Positions 41,354 through 51,777 of a stretch of 64,000 bases of DNA are shown here, in pieces; the stretch's first letter is position 1; each line of letters starts with the position of its first letter. Source of the DNA: an uncultured Planctomycetia bacterium. GTDB taxonomy: Bacteria; Planctomycetota; Planctomycetia; Pirellulales; S012-138. The stretch spans positions 209,959-273,958 of the forward strand of contig CAWEKV010000003.1 in the NCBI GenBank assembly GCA_963809785.1. Reading direction: 5' to 3'. Both the position numbers and the translations under genes were made by a program. The notes under the pieces were generated by a model. It did no database searches. It was given only the letters and a program-made list of their open reading frames with translations, and was not told the origin of the DNA.

Positions 41354-44300
41354 TCAGAATTCAGCCCGTCTCGAAGTCTTACGACATCGGCTACGGGCCA
41401 GAGCCGGTCGATCTCCTCGGGCGACAGACTGTGACATTTCGCCGCCTTCCATCTTCGCCTTGGCTGGGGCCTTGCCGCCGGGCGGTTTGTCCTGCGTCTC
41501 CTCGACCCGCTCGGGGTCGATCACGCGGCCTCCGCGGATTTCCAGCACTTGGGGAAAGATGGGGATTTCCCGGCCGTCGCGGCGCAGGAGCAGACGATAC
41601 TTGCCGTCAGGCAGGCGGCGGTACAAGGCATCGAGGTCTTTCAGCACCTCCAGCCGCAACGGGATGCGCTCGATCAGCTCTTCGTCGGGCGAGAGCACCT
41701 CGAGGATCACGGCATCTTCGTCCGCGGTCGTCAAATCGGCGACGGCCGCCCGCGCCTCTGCGGCCCGCGTCAACTCGCTGTCCGTCCGGCGCCCGGCCAG
41801 CGGCGATTCGGCCGAGCTGACGCGGGGGATGCCCAGCGGCGCGACCTTCGCCGTGGTGTCGATGCGCTTGGCGGCCAGCCCTTCACCGGGCACGCCGGCC
41901 ACGGAGACGCCCGTCAGGACGCTCAGATCGTCGCCGCTTCGCTCGACGGTGAAGTTGGGGGTTTCGCCCGCGACGCCCGAGCCAAAGCGGGCCACCGTGG
42001 AAGGGCTGCTGTCGGAGAAATTGATGTTGGGATCGTTGGCGAGCGTGAAGCTGATGGGGATCGGGGCGGCCGGGTTCGCCGGGTCCGGGTTGCCGAACAT
42101 AGGTGTGGCTGAAGATGTGCTCGCGGCCGCCTTCCAGGGCGGTGAAGGTCTCCACCGTGCCGTCGGCCCAATCGATCGTCAGCGTGTAGTTTCTCTCGCC
42201 GGCCTGACCGAAGAAGATCCGAAAATCGGCTTCGCCCAGGGCGCTGACCTGCGGCGTGCGGACGTGGATCACGAAGCCGGGGTCGCCGGGCAACTGGCCG
42301 GCCACGCCCGGATTGGCCGCTGGCGGCTGCTGGCCGGGAACGCCGGGGGTCGTGGGCTGGGCGGGGTCGAAGCTGCGGATGAAGGCCCCCGGCGCGATGC
42401 TGGCCGTGCCTCCGGCGATGCCGGTCACGTCGTGGCCGTTGCTCACCTCCAGGACGACGCCGGAGCCGCGGATGATCAGATGCTGCTGGGCGCGGAAATC
42501 GATATTGCCGCCGCCGATCATGGGAGAGTTCAACCCGGCGCCGGTCACATCCAGGATGATGTTGCGGGCCGTGGCATCGACGGTCTTGGTATTGTCCTGG
42601 GGGTCGGTGAAGTCTCCGATGTCGTCGTCGGTGATGGGGCCGCCGGAGTTCAGGTCCAGATCGCCGGCGAGGAACGTCGATGTTGAAGCCCCGCAGCCCG
42701 AGCGGATCGTTGGCCGACAGGTGCGGCGTGAGGTCCTCGTTGATTGTCAGGTCGCGCGTGAGGACGCCGTCGCCGAACACGGCGTTGATCTTCGTGAGAT
42801 CGGTATTCAGCGTGGTATCGCCCGCGGGTGCCGAGGCCGTGAACGACAGCTCCTTGGCGGCGAAGCTGAGCGTCCGCAGATCGGCTGTGGCCACGACATC
42901 CTGGCCGATCATGATCAGGTCGCCGTGCCGGGCAGGATCGGCCCCCGTTGCCACATTGAACCCAGCCAGCGGCACCGTGAGCTTCTGACCGGCGATCAGG
43001 GCCAGGTTGTCGTCGCCCGCCACGTCGATGCAGTTTGCGGCCCCGGCATTGAGGTTCTCTGTCGTCCGCAGGACCGCGCTGGCCTGGTTGCCCCCGCCGA
43101 TCACGATGGTCCCCGGATCGGTGAGCGTCAGCGAGCCGGTCTGGGCCAGGTGGATTTCGCTTCCCGGGGCGCTCGTCGCGACCCTGAAGATCGAGCCAAC
43201 CTGGATTTCGATCGCATTGCCGTCCACGTGGGCCAGCGTGTTGGCGGCGAACTGGCCGGTCTGGCCGACGTGGTCGCGGGCAACTAGGTCGATCGACCCG
43301 GCCACGAGGTTCATGGCGTTGCCGTTATTGTCGAGGATCGAGCCGCCCAGCGCACCGACCGTCACGCGGCCGGTGCCGCCCGTGCGGATTTCCGCCAGGC
43401 GGGCATCGCCGCCGCCCCCAACACCGATGTCCACCGCGGCCAGCGTGCCGTTGGTGGTCGTGATGACGTTGCCAGAGACCTGAATGAAGTTCGCGCTGCC
43501 AGCGCCGTCCTGGTTGGCCCGAATGAAAATAGGCGCGGCCGTGGCATTGAGGTCCGCGCGGGCTTCCAGGCGGACCTCGTTCTGCGCGACGAGCCGCACA
43601 CCGGTGCCGCCGAGCGTGTTGGTCGTCAGCGTGTCGTCGCGGAGGATGATCTCGTCGGTCTCGAGGCGGAGGTTGCCAGTGAGGAGGGCGCCATTGAGGG
43701 TCGTGGTGCGCTGGCCGCCGGTCTGAGTGATCGAGCCTAGCGGCTTGCCGCCGCCGCCGACGAAGTCTTGGAATTCGACATCGTCGGCCCCCGGCGCAAT
43801 GGTCAGCGCCGCGGCGTGCCGATGGCATCGGACTGAAGCGTCCGCTCAAACGTGATGTTCCCACCCGTGGCCGTCAGCGTCACGTCGCGGCGCAGCACGA
43901 CGGCATCCTGGTATCGTTGGTCGCCCGTCGTGCCTGGCACGTCGATCGTCTTGATGACGTCGGTGTTGATGAATGTCGTGCCATCGAAGTCGGTCTCCAG
44001 CGACCCCAGGGCGCCGCCCGCGGCATCGCCCACGCGGCCGTTGAACGTGGTGTTGGGCGAGTTGAGCGTCAGGTTGTTGGCTTCGCCCGCCTGGCTGTCC
44101 ACCGTCTGGGCGAAGTCGATCGAAGCCGTGCCCGTTAGCCGGCTATCGCGGGCGATGACGATCTGATCGTCGAAGTCCAGCATCGCAGCGTTGACCACCT
44201 CGGTATTGATCGTCGTGGTGCCCGCCGCGTCGGTCCGCAGCAGCCCGAAGTGCTGATTGCTGGAGTCGCCGACGCGATCGTTGAACGTGGTGCTCGGCGA

Positions 44301-47300
44301 AACAAGGATCAGGTCGTTGTCCTCGTTCGACTGGCTGTCGAGCCGGTCGGCGAAGTCGATCGATGCGGTGCCGGTCAGCGTCGTGTCCCTGGCGATCAGC
44401 ACCTCGTCGTCGAAATTCAGGACGGCGGCCTTGACCACGTCGGTGTCGATCGTGGTCGTGCCTTCGAAGTCGGTGTGCAGAGTCCCCAGGATACCGCCCA
44501 CGGCATCGCCCACGCGGCCGCGGAAAGCCGTGTCGCGCAGAGTTAAGCGTCAGGTCGTTGGCCTCGCCGCGCTCGCTGTTGACGGTCGCGGCAAAGTCGA
44601 TCGAGTTGCGAGCGGTCAGGACGGTGTCCATGGCGATCAGGACCGCGTCGTCGAAATCCATCGCATCGGCTTTGACGACGTCGGTATTGATCGTCGTCGT
44701 GCCGACGGAATCGGTCTGGAGCGTCCCCAGCTCGCCGTTGGGGCCATCGCCGACGCGGCCATTAAACGTGGTGCTGGGCGAAACGAGCGTGAGGTCGTTG
44801 GTCTGGCCGGACTGGCTATCGACCGTCTGGGCAAAGTCGATCGACGCGGTGCCAGTCAGCGTCGCGTCCTCGGCGATGACGACCCGGTCGTCAAAATCGA
44901 GGACGGCGGCTTTGACAACGTCGGTGTCGATGGTCGTCGTGCCGGCGGCGTCGGTGCGCAGCGTTCCCAGGATGCCGCCGGCAGCATTGCCCACTCGGCC
45001 GCCGAACGTCGTGCTGGGCGAGTTCAAGAACAGATCGTTCGCTTCGCCCTTTTCGCTATCCACTGCCTGGGCAAAGTCGATCGACTTCGTGCCGGTTAAC
45101 GTGGTATCCGTGGCGATCACCACGTCGTCGCCGAAATCCAGAACTGCGGCCTTCACCACGTCGGTATTGATCGTGGTGGTGCCGTCGGCGTTCGTGCTGA
45201 GCGTGCCCAGCGGGGCCGTATTCCCCACGCGGCTGTTGAATGCCGTAACGCCGCCGCTGACCGTGTCGATAGTGAGGTTGGCGGGCGGATCGACGCCGTC
45301 GTCGTCCAGCGCACCGTTGAAGGTGACATTGGCGGCAGTCAACGTGGCGTCGGCCCCCAGGGTCACGGCGTCGTGGTAGGTCTGGGCGCCCGTCGTCTTG
45401 ACCTGGCCGCCGTCGATCCGCGTCACGCCGTCGGCGTTGGTCGTAAGGCTCGTCAGTGCCCGGCTCGTGCCCACTTCTCCGGCGAACGTCGTGACGCCGT
45501 TGCCGAGCGTGTTGACGACCAGGTTGGAGGGCGTGCCCGACGTGCCGTCGTCGTTCAGCTCGTCATTGAAGGTCACGTTGGCCGCGGTGAGAATCGTATC
45601 TGCCCCGATCGTCACCTCATCATGGTACGTCTGATTGCCGGTCGTGGTGACCGCGCCGCCGTCGATCCGCGTCTCACCGTCGGCGTTCGTGGTCACACTG
45701 GCCAGCGGCCGCGACGTGCCGACTTCGCCGCTAAAGGTGGTGACGCCGTTGCCGGTTGTGTTGAGCAGTAGCGAGGCGGCCGGGCCCAGGCCGTCGTCGT
45801 TTACCGAGCGGTCGAACGTCAAGCCGCTGCCCGTGAGCGTGGCATCGGCCCCCACCGTGACGGCGTCGTGGTAAGTCTGTTCATCCTCCGTCGTCACGGC
45901 CCCGCCGTTGATCTCGGTCGTGCCGTCGGCGTTGGTGGTCAGGCTGGAAAGGGCGTCTATCGCCCCTACCGTCCCGCCGAAGCGGGTGATGCCGTTGCCG
46001 GAGGTGTTGACCGTCAGGTTCGAGGGCGATCCCGTCGTGCCGTCGTCGTCGAGCGTAGCGTTGAACGTCACGTTGGCCGCGCTAAGCGTGGCATTGGCCC
46101 CCAGCGTCACCGCGTCGTGGTACGTCTGATCGCCGGTTGTCGTCACTTCGCCGCCGTTGATTTCCGTCTTGCCGTCGGCATTGGTCGTGAGGCTGGAGAG
46201 CGGATCGACGCTGCCGACGGGGTCGGCGAACTTCGTCACGCCGTTGCCGGCCGTGTTGATGGTCAGGTTCGAGGGCGTGCCGGCAATGCCGTCGTCGTTC
46301 AGCCGTTGATTGAAGGTGACGTTGGCGCCCGAGAGCGTCGTGTTGGCCCCCAGCGTGACGGCCTCGTTGTAGGTCTGGTCACCGGTGGTGGCCACGGCGC
46401 CGCCGTTGATCCGCGTCGTGCCGCCGAGGTTCGTCGTCAGGCTGGACAGCCGGCTGATGACACCGACGGCCTTGGCGAAGGTCGTCAGGCCGCTGCTGCT
46501 GGTATCGATGCTCAGGTTCGAAGGCGTGCCGGCCGCGCCGTCGTCGTTGAGTGTGCCCTCGAATGTGACGTTGGCCGCCGAGAGCGTCGTGTCGGCCCCC
46601 AGCGTGACGGCGTCGTGGTAGGTCTGGTCGCCGGTCGTGGTCACGGCGCCGCCGTTGATGCGGGTCGTGCCGGGCGCGTCGGTCGTCAGGCTTCGCAAGC
46701 GGTTGTTGCCGCCGACGACGCCCAGGAAACTGGTGATGCCCGACGTGTTGACGGCCAGATCGCGGCCCCCGTCGAGCAGGCTGGCGAAGGTGATGTCGCC
46801 CCCCGCGGTGCTGGTCAAGACCGTGGTCGTCCCGAGGGTTACCTGATCGATGGCCGGGTCGTTGCCGTATTGTTGGCCACCGATGGTCTTCACCGAAGGG
46901 TGCAGCGCCGATCCGGCGGCATTGAACGTCGCGTCGCCCGTGACCTTGAGGGACTCCAGTGCCACGCTATCGCCGACCAGGCCGCCGAATTCGACGTTGC
47001 CCTGGATTTCCAGGAACTGCGCATTGGGGGCGATGGTCGTGGCGTCCACCGTATCGCGGAAGATGACGTTGGCCGCGGTCAGCGTCGTGTCGGCCCCCAG
47101 TGTCACGGCGTCGTGGTAGGTTTGGTCGCCTGTCGTGAACGCCGAGCCGCCGTTGAGAGTGGTCGTGCCGCTGACGCTCACCGATTGCAGCCGCACGGCC
47201 GTGGTGCCCACAGGTCCGCCGAAGATCGCGTTGCCGGAGATATCGAGCTGTTGCTGGCCGTTGGCGGTGCCGGCGACGGCGCTGTCGAACCGCACGGTCG

Positions 47301-48875
47301 AACCGGTGAATTCCACGTCAGCGCCGAGGGTGACGTTGCCCTGATAGCGCTGGGTGGCGCCGGTGGTGGTGATGCTCGTGGCGTTGACGGTCGTCAGTCC
47401 GGTGACCAGCAGGTCGCCGGACGTCACGGCGTCGTTGAAGACGGCGTTGCCGGTGACGGTCAGCGGGTTGCCGCCACCCAGCACTCGGTCGTCGAACTGC
47501 ACGCTGGAGCCAGTGAAGTTGACGCCGTTCTCCAGCGTCACCTCGCCCTGGTAACGCTGCGTGTTGCCGGCCGTGGTCACCGTGCCGGCGTGGACGCGGG
47601 CGTCGCCGGTCACGAGGAGCTGTCCGGAGGAGATCGCGTCGGTTGCCGCGTTGCCAAAGACGGCATCGCCGGTCACGGTAAGACTGTTGCCGCCGCCGGA
47701 TACGCTGCCGTCGAATTGAATCGTGTCGCCCGTGAAGTTTACACCGGTCGTCAGCGTCACGTTGTCGCGATAGGTTTGATCGCCGTTGGTCTTCACAACG
47801 TCCGTGCCTACCACCGTGCCGCCGGGCCCGTCGGTGGTGATGCTCGCCAGGCGCGTGGCGTTGCCAACTCGCCCGAGGAACTGGGTGCTGCCGGCGGTGT
47901 TGACGGCGAGCGTTTCGTTGCCGTCCACGCGCGAGCTGAAGACGATGTTGCCGCCGCCCGTGCTGGTCAGCACCGTCGCGTCTTGCAGCGTGGTCTGGTC
48001 GGTGCCGGCGTCGCCGTATTGCTGGCCGAGCGTGGTCTTGACCGTGGGATTGCTGGACGAGCCGCCGGCATTCAGCGTGGTGTTGCCGGTGATGCTGATC
48101 GCCTTGAGCGCTTTGGAGCTGCCGACCCGGTCGTTGAAGGTCGCATTGCCAACGACGGAGAGGCCCTGAGAGCCGGCCGTGGCGGCATCGACCAGGCCGT
48201 TGAAGACCACGTTGCCCGTCAACGTGACGTTGCTGGCCAGCACCACGTCGGCGTTGAGGGTCAACGTGCCGCCGACGGTGGAATTGCCCAGGATCAGCGT
48301 ATTGGCGTCGCGCAGTGTGGCGTTGCCTGTCCCCGTGGTGCTCACCGAGACGGTGCCCAAGAAGTCGTTTCCCGACCGATCGAGTGTGACGCTGGTGCGC
48401 CGGCGACGCTGAAGGCGTTGGCCGTGATATTGCCGCTCTGAGTGACCGCGCCGGTCTGCTGGATCTCGAGCGTGCCCAGGGGGGAGAGCGTGACGGCGTT
48501 GAACTGTACCGCCACGTTGCTGCCGGCCGCGCTGTCGTTGAGGGTGATCGTGCCAGAAATGGCGGCCTTGCTCACCGTGAGCGTATTGGTGCCGGCGCCC
48601 GTCACGCCGCCGCCGTTGGCCCCCTGCCAGGTGCCGGCATTGAGGGCGAACGTGTAATTGTTCCCCGACTGGCCGATGGTGACCGTGGTGGTGTTGCCCC
48701 CGGTGTTGTTGAAGTTGGTCAGGTTCAGCGACGTAGCGCCCGAGAGGGCGAAGCTCGCGTTGAGCACCTGCCGGTCTTCGAGGCGCGTCAGATAGAGCGG
48801 CAAGTCCCGCTCCTCCTCGCGGTCCGAATCCAGCCCCATGCCCAGGAGCCTGGCGATCAGCGATAAGAGACGCAT
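41354..48875 (-). CDS. Giant secreted repeat protein / adhesin-like (~2500 aa; several frameshifts)
   Basis: ATG 48873-48875 gives MRLLSLIARLLGMGLDSDREEERDLPLYLTRLEDRQVLNASF. The rest is T/G/N/D/V-rich beta-helix-like repeats. The gene is assembled from ORFs 48342, 44143 (1629 aa), 43803, 41923, 41883 and 41354. Confidence 0.8.
44020..45240 (-). repeat. Coding tandem repeat type 2, ~240-nt (80-aa) unit, ~5 copies
   Basis: Unit: GTLRTDAAGTTTIDTDVVKAAVLDFDDRVVIAEDATLTGTASIDFAQTVDSQSGQTNDLTLVSPSTTFNGRVG. Confidence 0.8.
45240..46740 (-). repeat. Coding tandem repeat type 1, ~250-nt (83-aa) unit, ~6 copies
   Basis: Unit: LSSLTTNADGTTEINGGAVTTTGDQTYHDAVTLGADTTLSAANVTFNxxLNDDGxxGTPSNLxxNTxGNGVTTFxGxVG. 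Confidence 0.8.
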
Positions 48876-49307
48876 TCAGGAGTCCTTGCCCGGCGCGGGC
48901 GGCGGCGCTGTCATGGCTTCGCGAGGGTGGGTGGCGCACGTTCTGTCGGGTCCGCCAGGTGCAGTGCCGCTTGGACACTGGGCCGACGGAGACCGCGGGC
49001 GCGATTCGGGGCAAGGTTGTCAGACGCGGCAAAGACTTGCGCTGACGCGGTCTGTACTGATTATCAGGAGCCGCGCGGGGGTGTCAATTCTCCAACAGGC
49101 CGAAGGAGACGGCCGTGACGATCCTGCCGAGATCCCTGGATGTGACGGCTGAGGAATGACGAACATATCGACGAGCCCCGTGAGGTGCTTGCCCGCTGCT
49201 GGCACTGCATCCGGCCGGCTGGCTGAAGGCCTCTCACGGGCCGCGCGGTCGAAGGTGGCGCCACGCCACGCTCGCGGCCGACTCCGCCGCTTTCGCAGGG
49301 CAGATCG

Positions 49308-50141
49308 ATGAACGCGCGTACTAGCTGGTGGCCCGTCGCAATGGCTTCGCCTTGCAACCCCACGTGCCGGGTTGTGCGGGCCGTAACGCTGCTCGGCGCG
49401 TTGACGCTGGCGGTGCCGCTCGTATGGGCTGATGATCTCCGCCCAACGCGCGAATTGCCCGGCAGGACGCCGGCCAGGGCAACAGCGTCGCCCGGGCACG
49501 TCAGGCCGCAGACGGGTGGCAAGCCGGCGACGCCCAGCTCAGCCCGGACGGCGGCAGGCGCGCGGCGCGCTTCCGGCGGCGCGGTGCGGCCGACGAGGGT
49601 CTCCGCCGCCCAGCCAGAGGCGCTCTTGCCGGACCCGCGAGAACCGCTTTTTTCCCGTGAACCCTCGTACCACCGCGCGCGATCGGCAGATGACGAGAAG
49701 CCCATCGGTGCGCTGACCACCAATATTATCGCCAGCCGGGGCGAGCTGCCGGCCGATTACGCGGCCGCCCGCTTCGAGAAGGAAGGCACACAGTTCCACA
49801 TCGTAGGCACGAGCCGCCCGTGGTTGGAGCTGGTTTACGACTGGGAGGCCACGTCGTTCTGTCACGGTCCCCTGTATTTCGAGGAGCCGAATGCCGAGCG
49901 GCTGGGCCACACGGCCGGCCTGGCGCAGCCGGTGGTTTCCGGCGCTCATTTCTTCGCCCGCATTCCGGCCTTGCCCTACATGACCGCCGCCGAGCCGCCG
50001 CTCTTCACGTGCACCTACACGCTGGGGCACTATCGGCCCGGCAGCTACGCGCCGTTCCGCTACATTCGCCTGCCGCTGAGCATCAGCGGCGCGGTGGCGC
50101 AGACGGGTGTCGTGATGGGGCTGGTATATCTGATTCCCTGA
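49308..50141 (+). CDS. Conserved hypothetical protein (intact)
   Basis: 277 aa with a hydrophobic N-terminus (AVTLLGALTLAVPLVWA). The C-terminal block WEATSFCHGPLYFEEPNAERLGH...YTLGHYRPGSYAPFRY looks like a recurrent planctomycete family. No function known. Confidence 0.6.
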   Translation: MNARTSWWPVAMASPCNPTCRVVRAVTLLGALTLAVPLVWADDLRPTRELPGRTPARATASPGHVRPQTGGKPATPSSARTAAGARRASGGAVRPTRVSAAQPEALLPDPREPLFSREPSYHRARSADDEKPIGALTTNIIASRGELPADYAAARFEKEGTQFHIVGTSRPWLELVYDWEATSFCHGPLYFEEPNAERLGHTAGLAQPVVSGAHFFARIPALPYMTAAEPPLFTCTYTLGHYRPGSYAPFRYIRLPLSISGAVAQTGVVMGLVYLIP

Positions 50142-50285
50142 GGCTTCAGGCGGCAGGCTTCAGGCTTCGGGCTTCGGGACGGAGGCGTGCCTTGCCGCTG
50201 GTATCCTGAAGCCTTTCTGCTGAAGCCCGAAGGCCGAAGCCTGAAGTCTTTCAGCTGAAGTCCGAGCCTGAACCCTCTTCCTGTG
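50141..50285. repeat. Repeat family D: CTTCAGGCTTCGGGC-type inverted repeat
   Basis: ggcttcaggcttcgggcttcgg ... ccgaaggccgaagcctgaag ... cagctgaagtccgagcctgaa. Confidence 0.7.
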
Positions 50286-50521
50286 AAACTCTGCCGGTTG
50301 TGCCGGTCGCAACTGAAGCAACGGTTGCAAGGGCGCGGCGCGTCAGAATCAACGCTGCGTCAAGCCGCTCCGATACTAACGCTATAGCTGGTTCCTGAGG
50401 TCTGTCCGTCGTGACCGCGCCGCGCGTTGTCTCCCGCATCGCAGGGCGCCACGGAACACGACCGAATGCCTGACGCCGGGGGGATCCGGCGCATCACTCT
50501 TTTCGTGAGGAGGGTTTTTCA

Positions 50522-51640
50522 ATGCGTTGCACACGGATGGTTCGTGGCCTGCTGGGCATGGTGGCCTTGGCCGCCTGGTTGTCGGGGGTCGCCCAGGCCC
50601 AACAATATCACGTCGTCGGCTACCAGGCCGAAGGCGCCGAGGCGGGCGACGTCAGCGCCCTGCGCGGGGACGTGGTGGATACGCGGGAGAAGATGCACAC
50701 GCGCCGCGCACGGCGGTTATGAGGGCGGCTGCGGCAACGGTTGCGGCGGTCACCACGGTTGCGGCGGCGGCCACGGCTGCGGCGGCGGGCACGGCTGCGG
50801 CGACTGCTGCAACAGCGGCTGCGGTTGCTGCGATAGCTGCTGCGACATGGGCGGCACCTGCGGCTGCTTCGAGCCCTGCTGCCATTGCCCCGGCCTGTGG
50901 GTCTCAGGCCGAATTGCTGTTCTTCCGCTATCACCGCGCCGACGGCGTGCGGGCGGGCAACGACCCAGAAGCGGGCGGCGACCCCGAAGAGTTCGACTTC
51001 GACATCAACCCCCGATTCACCGTCGGTTGGGTCCGCAGCGACGGCCTGGTGCTCGGATGCGCTACTGGGAATTCGACCACAAGTCCAACGATGACGGCGA
51101 TGCTGACCGCCTCGATGTGGACACGTACAACTGGGACTTCGAAATCTTCGACACCTTCTGCCTGAACCGCAACTGGGACCTCGAGGTCGCCGGCGGCATC
51201 CGCTACAACGAGTTCCGCGAGGAGATGTTCGACCCGGGCGACAATGCCGTCCGCATCAACGCTTCACCGGCTTACGGCGGGCTCGCCAGCGCCGAATTGC
51301 GGCGGCTGGTCGGCACGAGCGGCGCCGTCTTCGCGCGAGTTCGCGGCGCCATCCTCATGGACGACAAGGACGTCATCAACGCTCAAGGCGGCACCTTCTT
51401 CCAGCAGGTACGCCTGCTTGACGTGACCGTCGGCATGACGGAGATGGCCTTCGGTTACGACTACGTCGTGCCGATGGCTGACGGCGCCTATGCCTTACGG
51501 TCGGCGTCCAGGCCGAATGGCAGAACTGGTACAACTACTCCAGCTCGTTCGAGGACACGGCGGCAACGACGCAGACCTTCGGCGGCCCGAGCGACGTGGG
51601 CTTCGGAGGCTACGGCTTCGCCGTCGGCGTGGCCCGCTAG
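50522..51640 (+). CDS. Putative outer-membrane beta-barrel protein (BBP7/Lpg1974-like) with Cys/Gly/His-rich N-terminal region; ~4 frameshifts
   Basis: GGAGG lies 8 nt before ATG 50522. MRCTRMVRGLLGMVALAAWLSGVAQAQQ is the signal peptide. The Cys-rich stretch is GCGNGCGGHHGCGGGHGCGGGHGCGDCCNSGCGCCDSCCDMGGTCGCFEPCCHC. The barrel-like part has AELLFFRYHRAD, FDFDINPRFTVGW, RMRYWEFDH and a terminal FGGYGFAVGVAR, with stop TAG at 51638-51640. Confidence 0.5.
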
Positions 51641-51777
51641 TCCGAAAGCAGTCACGAAAGAGTGGGCATTGGTCCCCGCGGACCAGAGCCAGAAGAACGT
51701 CACGTAACAAGTTGATGTGCCGCAACCGCGCGGCCCGGAGCAATCCGGGCCGCGTTGGTTTTTTCCAGGCGAGCGGC

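Noticed and set aside
45868-48441. 857-aa + strand ORF antisense to the giant repeat protein. The same applies to 37577-39850, 31124-33322, 40300-41820, 41265-42686, 25463-26383 and 59739-60605.
   Set aside because: All are antisense shadows of genes with recognisable domains. They are Arg/Gly/Ala/Val-rich with no motifs.
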